NCBI RefSeq assembly: GCF_018977255.1
Contig: NW_024704762.1
Location: forward strand, 10,292,001-10,356,000
Direction: 5' to 3'
DNA: 64,000 nucleotides
Source of the DNA: Callorhinchus milii
Lineage: Eukaryota
The notes under the pieces are model-generated. The model worked only from the letters and a program-made list of their open reading frames with translations, was not told the DNA's origin and searched no databases. Shown one piece after another: positions 1 through 17,808 of the stretch (position 1 is the first letter of the stretch; each line of letters begins with the position of its first letter). Both the position numbers and the translations under genes were made by a program.

Positions 1-1570
1 AGGATGAATGGCCAATTTACTCTTGAGTTACAACGAGTTCTGCAGGTATAGATCCCTTTAATGATTCATTCAGCCTCTCACTGAGCCACGTAAGTGGTTG
101 AGTTTTTAGAAGAATTGACGGCTCTCAGTTCTGGGTAATGAAACACGGTTTCACATTTCACTTTGCAGAACTAGGGTGAAATTCAGATTAAATCTCCCTT
201 TCCTCCTCCAGCGCTGCACCTTAATGACTCCATGTTCTACATCGGTCTTCCCTGCAGTCACGCTCAGCGACATTCCCAATTTCAAGGCCAATCATTTTTT
301 TTCTCTCTCTTTCTCGCTCTCGTCTCCTCGGGAGGAGGGTAGGGGTGGGGGAGGGGGAGGGGAGAATAGAGCCACCCGACAATTCCTCCTTACGCTGCAT
401 GGAGAGGGAATCATTGACCTGACCAGAATGGGCCAAATTGAAGCTCAGGCTCTAGGGCTGAAGGGAGAGGACTGTCAGCACTTCCAACTTGTGTAACAGT
501 GAAATTACTTCAAAGCGACAGGGCTGTGGTCTGTGTATCCGAGCCAGCAAAGAGGTTTATTAATTTGACTGCAACTTTGTTGATATGTTGAAGGAAGCGC
601 TTACCACAGCACTTTTGTAATCGCACTGCGGTTCTGCTCATCAAGGAAGGTGAGAGGTTGTCAGAAACAATAGAGAACCACCAATGCCTTGTTACTGCAC
701 TGTTTCCTCCAGTGATGAACGCATGTGAGTCCGGGCAACTTTGTGTTTTTTTTGGTTGCAGTGAATGTAAATTTCGCTCTCTCGCTCTCTCGGGATACAC
801 ATTTCCTCATATCCTCGTCTTCTGAGGAAAATGGGCTCTGAGCGCGCAAACGGTAACCGGCTGGCCGGCCGACAGTAATCCTGGTTTCTGTTTTTTAAAA
901 AAAAAGGTGACGGGAGCTCTTGTTTCACAGAGTAACGTGCTGCTTTAACTCTAGTTTTGGCCCCAAAAATATACAATGAATTCGCTTTGCAGTATAACTT
1001 CTTGTGAAGCCCTTTGAGGCGCCTCGAAGACGTGATAAGGCGCTGTATCAACTGCAAGGATTATTATTATTATTAGTTGACTAGTTTTGCAGTGTGGTGT
1101 GAGCCAAGCTGCCCTGCCATTAGTCTGTCTTACATAATGTGGGTAACAAACAAAACACTTTCATATTGACAGCCTTGTCGATGTCTGCCATTTTTCTACA
1201 GGAAACCAGAGACCCTGACATTCTACACGGTCTCAGCCGGACAAACCGTTTTTATTTTATTTTTTTTTGAAAAAAACAACAACAAATTATTGGAAAAGTC
1301 TCCAATTTGTTCTTCATTTCTGTCTTAAGAAACGCGAAAGGCGGCTTCCAAAATGAAGACCTCATTGAAACGTGTCCACATTTCTGCGCCTTTTTCGACG
1401 TTTCTCAGACCAAATGGTCTGGAAGGCTAGCAATAGGTGGAAGCCTTTCCCTATATAACAAATGTAATTTTGTTGTTGTTGTTGTAATATGGGACGGGGC
1501 CCAACTATCAGTCTTGGGGAGAGAACATCAGCCAGGACTCGGTTCCCCATCGCTGCAACGTTTGTGGATG
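1..1570 (+). repeat. Near-identical segmental duplicate, copy 1 (may extend upstream of the window)
   Basis: Matches 6722-8284 except for a few substitutions and small indels; similarity ends after TTTGTGGATG. Confidence 0.97.
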
Positions 1571-3470
1571 CGAAACCGTTGCAGGCCGCAGCCACAAACC
1601 AGAGAGATAAACACCCGGCACCTGGCACAGTGAGTGAAGCGGGGAGCCTGGCGCTCACACAAACCACACAGCCCGTGTCAGAGCTCAGTGCCAGAGGATG
1701 TGTTTCACATCTTCAAAATGTCAACTCGCCTGCTCGTCCCCTCAGACACGCAGCCACAAGCGAGGTGCTCAGAGCCCTGTGACTGTCCTGCCTTTCCTTT
1801 GTGATAATGACACCGCAGGCTAACACCCCCTCCCCCCCCACCCCACCACCACCCCCACACCCCCCACACCCCCCGGCTTGGGCTCAGCCCTGAGAACATG
1901 TCAGTCTTCGAATTTGCAGAACGGTGGAAAATTCTTCAATTCAATCGGAAGTCTTAATTCAGTTGCTTTAAGGCTGCACCTTAATGCTTCCATGTTCTAT
2001 GTCGGCCACCCCTGCAGTCTCTCTCAAGAAGAGGGCAATGAAGCAAAACACACAGTCACTACACTCTGCAGCGAAATCCTGTAAAGCGTTTGAGACATTT
2101 TGACAAAGTGATATACGGCTGGTGCTGTATCAAATGAAAGGATTATTGTGACTTGGGTCCTTTCAGTGTGTCTGTTTCACCCACAAAATACACAGTTAAT
2201 CGAGTTTACAGTGTATCCTGTGAAGCGCGTTGAGATGTCTCAACAACGCGATCAAATGCAAGGATTATTATTATTATTATTATGATGGTGTAAATCGACC
2301 AGTGAACGCTTGGTGGCACTAAACACCAATTCTGGACCCAAGGACAAACACCCTGCAAGGACAGAGTGTCAGCCTTTATCATTCCCTGATCACAAGCCAG
2401 GATTCCCGGCTCACCAACAGATCGATAGAAAGTTCCTAGTTCAGCAGATAAGCAGCGAAATACATGTAAAGCAATTAGGAGTGGATCAAACGGGCGCCCG
2501 TTACAAAAGGCAATACACTGCACTCACACAGGGTATTACAGCATTTTTTACCAAATCAATACTCATTCGATCAGAGCAACGTTTGAAATTAACTTTCACC
2601 CTATGATTATCCTGTACTATCACCCGAGCCGACGACTATTAATGTCAGGTTTAAAGACCATGTGCGTGTGCGCGTGAGAGTGGGTGGGAGGGCCGTGGGG
2701 GGCGGTTATAGAAACAGAAGCATCTCTCTACGGCTTTTACTTTTAAAAGACAGAGAAGAAACCTGTCCTCTTGTGGAAAGTGAACACAGTGATGGGGAAC
2801 CAGAGGGACACAGAATGGGGCCATTCAGCGCATTGTTTGTGGACTGTGTACAACAACAACAACTGGTATTTGTATAGCGACTCCCACGCAGGGTGGCGTG
2901 CTAGATTGCTGACCTCTCCTCCAGACAGTTTAAAAGATCAACCCGATCTGGGTGAAAAGAAACCTCTTGTGAATTTGCCCGATTCACAGAAACTGCCCCT
3001 GTTCTGCCGGCTTATCGTTATTAATCATTGTTCACCTTTCCACAGAGTTCACCCCATGTCACAGCTAAAGGTCGTCGTCAGCAAATGGAGCAGCACTTTA
3101 GTAAAATAAAATCTCCCCAAACGTCAAGACAATCTGCTTGTTTGAGACGGTGTGAATTCAAAGAAAGAATTCTAAAAATATATACTGCGCAGGAAAAGAA
3201 TACCCTTCACATACAGACACACACACCACAGACAGACAAGGGACACGCACACACAAACAAAACCTTTATCCTGAAAGAAGATCGTTGGTAGTTGGTGGGT
3301 GAGTGGGTGGGTGGGTGGGTGGGTGGGGGAGGAAAGCTTTCTGAAGTAAATCAAATGCAAGATAAGGTAAGCCCAGGCCATCACTTCCACACGACTAAAG
3401 CAAAAGTAAAGAAGCGACGGAGGACATGACGTGAATGGAGAGGAATGAAAATTGGATTTACAACAAACTA

Positions 3471-3776
3471 GGAGTCCTGTAGCTCAGTGGTTAGAGCACT
3501 CGCTTTGCAAGCGAGAGACCTGGGTTCGATTCCCGTCAGGGTGAAACCTTGGGCAAGTTTCCTTACTCCACACGCCTGATAATAATCCCTCATGAAAGAA
3601 AAACAATTGTTCACTTCCAACCACGACTGTTTGTGGGACACTGCTGTGCGCAATTGGCTGCTGCATTTCGCCCACAAAATATACAATCAATTCACTTTAC
3701 AGTATACTCTGTGAAGGGCTTTGAGATGTCTCGAAGATATGAAAAGCACTACATCAAAAGCAAAGATTATTATTAT
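3471..3776 (+). mobile_element. Full-length tRNA-derived SINE (Ala-TGC-like head, Deu-like core, LINE-derived tail, (TTA)n)
   Basis: GGAGTCCTGTAGCTCAGTGGTTAGAGC A-box, GGTTCGATTCC B-box, core GCTGTGCGCAATTGGCTGC, tail GTGAAG..TTTGAGA..GATTATTATTAT. Confidence 0.9.
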
Positions 3777-3877
3777 CAGGAAAAACCTGAAACCGGTTAC
3801 TCAGCAAAGGGGCAGAGAGAAAGAGGGAGCGAGTGAGCAAAAGACTACAGTTTACGGAGTTTCACATCCCATTGTTC

Positions 3878-4050
3878 GTAGAACCTTACAGTACAGAAGG
3901 AGGCCATTCAGCCCATCGAGCCTGTGACAGCTCTTTGAAAGCGCTAACAACTAGTCCCACTCCCCTGCCCTTACCTTACCCAGTACTGCCCATTTTTCCT
4001 TTGCAAGTACCTATCCAATTGCCTTTTGGAAGCTACTATTGAACTTGCCA
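3878..4050 (-). mobile_element. CR1-type LINE 3' fragment
   Basis: GGAGGCCATTCAGCCCATCGAGCCTG motif, shared with 15090-15178 and (inverted) 35880-35955. Confidence 0.65.
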
Positions 4051-5114
4051 TGTTAATGAACAAAACAAAGGCCTTAAACATTACTCCATTGGAGACTTTC
4101 ACAACTCCCGTCGGTTGGTTTGTCCCATTGACGCTGACTGTCTGGGGTTAACGTGGTGTGAACGAGCGGCAATGTGGAGCTTTCCTCCACATCTCAATCC
4201 TTTCCTCTGTGTTGTGTAATAGTACAGAATGTACACGTCACACAGTCACTTGTCAACCAGTCTCGAGCCCCAACTCAACCTGTGAACCCAACCACAGCTT
4301 TTGCAACTCAAATTGATCCCAGCACAACAGTCGGGTCAATGTCACACACACACACCACACACACACACACATACACACAAACACCACTCCGTAACACACA
4401 GGGTTTATAAACTTTTGCCCAAGTAGCAAATTGCGCTTTATCTGCCAATCGATCTAGGCAAGGCTGTGGCGCTCTGCGCTGAGGCATTCTCTCTCTCTCT
4501 TTCGCAGACGGTGAGAAATGCAACTGAACCTGTGAAAGGTGTGAAGTGAAACTGCAATGTTACCGTCTGCTCTTTCTCCATGCTAACAATATCGCTATCT
4601 CACTTCATCTTGGTCTGTCAAACACACTCCCTCACCCTGTGAAAAGGGCACCTGGTTTCAGGTATCCTGCCCCCAAAATGTCAATCAGCTCCACTTTACT
4701 TTCCTCGTGAGAATCTCCAGCTGAGATTCCATGTATCCCACCGAGGCTTTGCGTCAACAGTGGGAGGTGAAGTTAAGTTTAAAGTTATCCTGTTGCCCGA
4801 TTTAAGATCAAGTCCAGCAAAAGGCGATTCTCTGAAAATTTATAGGCAATTTCAACACAGTATTAGTGTTGATTTGAGTTGCCTGATTGCCAGTATTTCT
4901 CAACCTGAGTCGTACAAACAAGATCTCCTCCTGATAACCAGGTAGATGTCACTTCCATCTCTGGTATCTCTGCTCTGCTCTACCTCCAGAGCTCCAGAAA
5001 AGAGTTTCCGCAGCTCAACGGGAATACCTGTGTTGTGCAATAGCACAAATCAGACTCACAGCCACTCAGGCTTAATCTGGGCAAAAAACACTTATTCACA
5101 TCTCAGACAGGTCC

Positions 5115-5345
5115 CGATACAATACAATACAGAATTACATTTGTAGAGCGCCTTTGAGATGGTCTCAGATGAGGTCAAACTCTCTTCGGAAACGAGATGG
5201 TTTAACACAATGCCTCCCCCTGCGAAGCCTGTCTCAGTCACAGCTACCAACTGAGCCAGGCTGACACACCCCATGACCAAAGGTACGGTCGAAGAGGAAG
5301 GTCTTGAGATGGACCTTGAAGGAGGCAAGCGAAGGGTCGAGATTT
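5115..5345 (-). mobile_element. L2-type LINE 3' end abutting a SINE core (5345-5450)
   Basis: Minus strand encodes [15 protein letters not shown] and ends in GGCGCTCTACAAATGTAAT(TGTAT)n. Confidence 0.7.
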
Positions 5346-6062
5346 GAATTGACTGTATGTTTTGTGGGCGAAACGCGGCAGCCAATTGCGCACAGCAGTG
5401 CCCCACACACAGTCGTGGATTGAGCGACCAATTTATTTATTGGTTCGAAGGGATTCTTAGACTTGAAAACGAGAGCACACGGTTCCACAGCACTGCATAT
5501 CTCTATCTCGGTCCACACTGTAACAGCACAGCCTCTGGCAAGTCCTTATATAACAGCGAACATCTGGCTACACATTCCATTTCCCTCCTAATGGCCTGTG
5601 TGATCCCAGCCGAACACACCCCAGCCCAGGTCAGTGCCCATTGGTTCTCACAGGACATGGTAGTTTCCTGGTTAAACAAAGCACGGTGAATCAAGCGCCT
5701 CTCTCTCTCTAGCAGTGAACCCTGAAGTCTGAGCAGCCCCACTGGGGCAGTTATACTGTGATCACCCTCTGCTCCAGCTGCAAACTGCGATTGAGACGAG
5801 ACTTTCTCTGACAGGTTTACACAGAGTGAGGTTCTGAGTCCGTTAGCTCCTGAGAGTTTGCTGCCTTCTGGGAATTGCTTTTCTCATCAATTACATTCAG
5901 AGAGCCTGACATGGAGCGAAAGCCACCCTCACAGTCAGTGGCGTTTTGCTCTTAAAATACAAGTTTATTCCTTTGTTTCTCAACAAAACAGCATTAATTT
6001 TTCAACCTTATTTTCAACTTTTTTATCAACCAACTTTATTCATTGAGGTCCTGCAGCGCTGC

Positions 6063-6304
6063 GTGCCGTGGGTTCCTGCAGTGCCGTGGGTTCCTGCAGT
6101 GCCGTGGGTTCCTGCAGTGCCGTGGGTTACTGCAGTGCCGTGGGTTCCTGCAGTGCCGTGGGTTCCTGCAGTGCCGTGGGTTCCTGCAGTGCCGTGGGTT
6201 CCTGCAGTGCCGTGGGTTCCTGCAGTGCCGTGGGTTCCTGCAGTGCCGTGGGTTCCTGCAGTGCCGTGGGTTCCTGCAGTGCCGTGGGTTCCTGCAGTGC
6301 CGTG
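6063..6304. repeat. 18-bp minisatellite (GTGCCGTGGGTTCCTGCA) x13 plus a partial unit
   Basis: 13 units, only one with a substitution (unit 4, GTTAC); no spacers. Confidence 0.97.
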
Positions 6305-6721
6305 TGCTGTGGCTGTAACACACGTTAGGCCACTGTCTTGCTTTGATTGCTTCAGTTCCTCATGACTTTTCCAAATTCCAAACGTAACGAATTGGATTCA
6401 GGGTCTGGCGATGGAATGAGCGAGCGTCTCTCAAGGCTTTGGCCATCTTTTTAGTGAGCAAGTGAGTGAGTGTGAGCGGGGGTGAGAGAGTCGTGTATTC
6501 AAGGAAAGGCTCAGTAATTGTACATTGTGTCCTTGAAGGATATTCTCGTAAGTCGAGTGATGTCTTTCTGGTTCTGCTCGAGAGGCGACTGGCTGGGTGC
6601 GGTTTCTTCGCAGACCTGGAAAAGAGAAATATTCACTAGTAAGAGAAAACTCAGCATCTCAAACATCTCAAATTGTCGTGACAACCGTTTAGCACACAGC
6701 GACGTCCCACAAACAGCCACG

Positions 6722-8284
6722 AGGATGAATGGCCAATTTACTCTTGAGTTACAGCGAGTTCTGCAGGTATAGATCCCTTTAATGATTCATTCAGCCTCTC
6801 ACTGAGCCACGTAAGTGGTTGAGTTTTTAGAAGAATTGACGGCTCTCAGTTCTGGGTAATGAAACACGGTTTCACATTTCACTTTGCAGAACTAGGGTGA
6901 AATTCAGATTAAATCTCCCTTTCCTCCTCCAGCGCTGCACCTTAATGACTCCATGTTCTACATCGGTCTTCCCTGCAGTCACGCTCAGCGACATTCCCAA
7001 TTTCAACCCAATCATTTTTTTTCTCTCTCTTTCTCGCTCTCTTCTCCTCGGGAGGAGGGTGGGGGAGGGGGAGGGGAGAATAGAGCCCGACAATTCCTCC
7101 TTACGCTGCATGGAGAGGGAATCATTGACCTGACCAGAATGGGCCAAATTGAAGCTCAGGCTCTAGGGCTGAAGGGAGAGGACTGTCAGCACTTCCAACT
7201 TGTGTAACAGTGAAATTACTTCAAAGCGACAGGGCTGTGGTCTGTGTATCCGAGCCAGCAAAGAGGTTTATTAATTTGACTGCAACTTTGTTGATATGTT
7301 GAAGGAAGCGCTTACCACAGCACTTTTGTAATCGCACTGCGGTTCTGCTCATCAAGGAAGGTGAGAGGTTGTCAGAAACAATAGAGAACCACCAATGCCT
7401 TGTTACTGCACTGTTTCCTCCAGTGATGAACGCATGTGAGTCCGGGCAACTTTGTGTTTTTTTTGGTTGCAGTGAATGTAAATTTCGCTCTCTCGCTCTC
7501 TCGGGATACACATTTCCTCATATCCTCGTCTTCTGAGGAAAATGGGCTCTGAGCGCGCAAACGGTAACCGGCTGGCCGGCCGACAGTAATCCTGGTTTCT
7601 GTTTTTTAAAAAAAAAGGTGACGGGAGCTCTTGTTTCACAGAGTAACGTGCTGCTTTAACTCTAGTTTTGGCCCCAAAAATATACAATGAATTCGCTTTG
7701 CAGTATAACTTCTTGTGAAGCCCTTTGAGGCGCCTCGAAGACGTGATAAGGCGCTGTATCAACTGCAAGGATTATTATTATTATTAGTTGACTAGTTTTG
7801 CAGTGTGGTGTGAGCCAAGCTGCCCTGCCATTAGTCTGTCTTACATAATGTGGGTAACAAACAAAACACTTTCATATTGACAGCCTTGTCGATGTCTGCC
7901 ATTTTTCTACAGGAAACCAGAGACCCTGACATTCTACACGGTCTCAGCCGGACAAACCGTTTTTATTTTATTTTTTTTTGAAAAAAACAACAACAAATTA
8001 TTGGAAAAGTCTCCAATTTGTTCTTCATTTCTGTCTTAAGAAACAGCGAAAGGCGGCTTCCAAAATGAAGACCTCATTGAAACGTCGTCCACATTTCTGC
8101 GCCTTTTTCGACGTTTCTCAGACCAAATGGTCTGGAAGGCTAGCAATAGGTGGAAGCCTTTCCCTATATAATCAAATGTAATTTTGTTGTTGTTGTTGTA
8201 ATATGGGACGGGGCCCAACTATCAGTCTTGGGGAGAGAACATCAGCCAGGACTCGGTTCCCCATCGCTGCAACGTTTGTGGATG
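6722..8284 (+). repeat. Near-identical segmental duplicate, copy 2
   Basis: Matches 1-1570; duplicated ORFs are visible in the ORF track. Confidence 0.97.
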
Positions 8285-10113
8285 TGTCTGTGCTCCAGGT
8301 CGCTACTCCACCTTCAGGGAACTACAGCAATGCAAGTTGTTGTGGTGGTGATGGTGGTGGTGCCTGTGCCTTGGTAGCTGAGCGATGGGGATTGAACTGA
8401 ATGGAGAGCTCCGTTTATATCCTATTAGTATAAATCCTGCGCCCACTGTGCAGTGAGTGTCAGGAGAGCGGTTTAATGCTCGTACATTGAAAAGGAAATT
8501 CGAATGATTTAAATGTAATAGTGCGAACGTTTGTTACAATGAAGGCTGCTTCTTGTGTTATACAGTGCGTGTACTACAGTAACCCAGAGAGTTACTCCTG
8601 TTTACGGTGAGTTATTTTGGCCAGTCGTGTGTCTGACACATCTGGAAACCCAGCACTATGCTTAAGATCTAAGGCTCTTGCCAACCTGTGCCTAACAGGT
8701 GTTTACACTGAGTGTGCACTTATATTGTTACTCACCAAATAATTACTGTTGGAAGTAATTGTTACTCACGCGTTATCACTTTTCTGTAGAGGAATTTTTT
8801 CCAGCAGTATTCCTGCCGTGTGTATGTATGTTTGCGTGTGTGTGTGTGTGTGTGTGCGTGTGTGTAACGATGGCCGCAATGGCATAGAGAATAATATGTG
8901 TCCAAGTGCTGAGGTCGATCCTGTGTCTGACCTGATCTCAGTAAAGATGGCTTAGCGTTTCCTGTAATACCCTCTAAAGCTCCACCAAGGCAGCTTGTAA
9001 ACTGCAGCAATATTCTGGAGGAGATGAGTGAGCTTTCAGACATTCACTCTCCATGTTAATGCTGTTACTGATGTCAATCCACATGGATTTAATAGTGAGC
9101 ATCCTCCTTCCCCATCTTGACTACGGTCACCTCTCTCTTTCCCTCCCCCCGGCTCAGCATCGCGCTTCATCACTGTTAAGGGCTCCAAGACACTACTGGA
9201 CGTGAAGGCCGCGACATAAGTACAAGTTGTTGTTGTTGATTTGAAATCCATTTTCTATTGGAAGCAGAATTCCCAGCGTACTGACTGTCTCAGTGACGCT
9301 CACACCAGGTGATGTGTGGAGAGAAAGTTACTCATTGCTGGGACACGACCTGCAGTCAGCCGTTCTGGGGCTGTTACAGCTTCATATATTAATATCACCT
9401 CGTTGAGACATCTCAAGGCGCTTCACAGGCTATAATGTAAAGTGGAGTGACTGTGTGTTTGCCAGCTGACGTCCTCTGTGCGGTGGGGTCGGGCGGCGGA
9501 GAGGGAGCGGGGGAGAACAAGTCTTCTTAACTCCTTCAGTGCGTCAGTGTCGCTGTAACATGTCTCGTGATGGTTGATCACAGGGAGCAGAAGTTTGCAG
9601 TTAGTTTCACCACTCGGCGTTCGACAGAGGTTAAGCTCTTGTGAGCGAGGAGATTGTGATTTTGTTATGTAATGGGTTTAGTTTACATGCGTACAGGCTG
9701 GTGAGAATGCAGAACCAGCGTAGGAAGTACAGGGGTCGAGGGCGTGTTACTGTGTGTGTCACACATTGCCTCAGTGACCTACAAGACATGTTTGTACTCA
9801 GCACAAAGCGCTCTTTACTAGAATGTTTGAAAGGTTCTGTAAAGTGAACAAACAAGCCACGGTAATTGTACACACTACAGATCCCATGCCTGGGACAAGA
9901 AGGTCTAGTCTTAGCCAAGCTTTGTGGGTTCCAGTCACTCTCTGCTGGTTGGATCCGCTACTTCGCTGATTTTTTCCAGTCTATATTTGGATTAAAGGAA
10001 GATTGTCTGTCTTTAGTGTTTACTTTTCCCGGAGCCTGAGTGTAGCAAATGGGAATACCCGTTGGATTTTGATATCGGTGTCTATAATCAGTGCTTTGTT
10101 TCTCTTGTTTCAG

Positions 10114-15821
<5,708 letters not shown>

Positions 15822-17802
15822 GCCACCGAGCGAAGCCAACGTGAGAGAGTGCGGGTTTGACACTGCATCATCGAGCTGCGGTAGTGCTGGACTGAATGTG
15901 CTGCACACTCTCATGGTCTCATCACCGTCACAGTCAAAAGAATGTAAATACTCGGACTCTTGTAAGTAAATCCTCGGACTCTTGACTCCGCGCCGAGCCC
16001 ACCCTAACGGGGGATTGGAATACCTTGGCTCGATTGGGATTCAGTCACGTTGAGGACAGGACAGGGAAAACTAACCATCGCGCTGGTGCAGCTCGTCAAC
16101 ATGAAATGTTCATCTTGTGGGCGGGTGAGGGGGCATGGGGGCCACTGGGCACTGACGAGAATGGGCACTGGTTCTCGTCATTGTCTAATACGAGAGACTG
16201 ACCCATCCTCCACCCCATTGAAGAACTGTCTCTCTGTGCGTTTACCATTTTTTTTAAAACATAGGAAATCCACCCTCTGCATTTCTCAATCGCTGTAAGG
16301 TAACAGGAACGGAAAATTTCATCACGCAATGACAATGATTCACACATCTCGCTGTTTATGCATAGCACCACATGGCGCTACAAACATGCTTGAACATACG
16401 TAAAATAGTCGCAAAGAACATGTGGTTTGGATGTTTGACTTGCAGAGAGGACAACATCCTGTGTGTGTGGCTGGCAACATCTGATGGGAATGCATTAGGC
16501 TGTCGATCTCAATCTCAAATGCTCTCAGTCAAGTATAACTGGAGGCAGTGAGCTCAGAACTTCATGTGATTCAGAAAGCGAGTGACCTGATTGTTTCCCT
16601 GGAGGCTGTGGCCTGCTACTCAAACACAATAGCAATCGGTCCGCTCAGCTCTCTATTAAAATGGCCCAGAGACACATTAGCAACGTCTGAATGGGCTTCA
16701 GTGACTGTCTGGGGAAATGGTCAGGTAACTTGGTCAGTGAGTCATTCCAGCCAGGAAGGTGGCAGACTCCAGCCCTGGTCCAAATGACTGGCTGATCGTG
16801 GTCAGGGCAGTGCTGGGGTTATTGTACACAAACCCACCCTGAGCGAGAGCAAAGGGGGGGAAAGTTATTAGCTGAATTTGTTGTGTTTTACGCCTTTCCA
16901 TTAGCCTGTGGGGCTGAGGAGAGGGAGATGGGAGGGAGCAGTTCTTTCAGGAGAGGCTTGTGAAACAAAACATTCCCAAGACAATCTCTCTGCACAGCGC
17001 TTTACCAGCAACCGACAGCCTGAAGGCCAGTGTAGCCTTTCAAGAGGGTGGAACAACACAATCTGAAATATTCCTCTTTCCTCTTTCCTGCTATGTGAAG
17101 GATAGCTGGAAGCATATTGCCGCTGAGTCAGCTCTTTGAATTCCAGGTTTAACCACTTTCTAAATAATAATAAATATATAAAAAGATATATAAACTTGAC
17201 ATTTATAGATATCATTCATTTGGAGGCTGGCCCTTTGCTGTCTCATCCCTCGTCTTTGTTGATTTTGTGTGGGGGGAGTGGGGGTTGGTGCGGAGGTCAG
17301 AGAGCTCTCCCCACTCCCGTACCCTATGTCTCAGTTTGTGTCATGGATCTTCGTGTCTAGCAACACTTTTTTGGGGGAAAAAAAATTTGAAAAAAACTTA
17401 CACTGTGTGTATTCTTCTTGTGAATGTAATGAGCATCCAAAAAGAGCTTAAAAAGCAAACACTGAACTTTTTGTTGCTCATTTCATACGATGGAAATTAC
17501 ATTTCCGGGTACGTTTAATTTTGGAAAGGATATTGGTTAAGTTGTTTATCATTTTGTCATAGTTATATTTTTTGTTTGTCTTGTATAACTGTCATTCTTT
17601 TTTTTAAGAGGGAACAAAGTACCTATTGTATAAATGCAGAGCAAGATCAGAAAAGATTTTTTTTATAAACTCCTTGTCTGGATTTCAAATGACCCAAAAA
17701 ATCTTATTTTAATATATTGTCAATTTAATGGAAGGTTGAGTTAAGTGACATAATGAATGAATATAGATGTATTATTGTAAAGGATGTGTATATGAACCAC
17801 AA

Positions 17803-17808
17803 AATAAA
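17803..17808 (+). terminator. Candidate polyadenylation signal of the ROR gene (~2 kb 3'UTR)
   Basis: AATAAA at the end of an AT/TGTA-rich UTR-like tract; an alternative AATAAA lies at 17169. Confidence 0.4.

Noticed and set aside
661-849. Minus ORF beginning MRAQ, resembling the RORB N-terminus
   Set aside because: Wrong strand, TTG start and no further similarity
3471-3542. tRNA-Ala(TGC) gene (also 26137 and 35425)
   Set aside because: No proper acceptor stem; continues directly into a SINE body and tail
6063-6304. CRISPR array or repeat-protein gene
   Set aside because: No unique spacers and no cas genes in a vertebrate context; the ORFs arise because the unit lacks stops
15942-15983. 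Short direct repeat in the ROR 3'UTR (similar ones at ~28466 and ~29411)
   Set aside because: Ordinary two-copy slippage duplications
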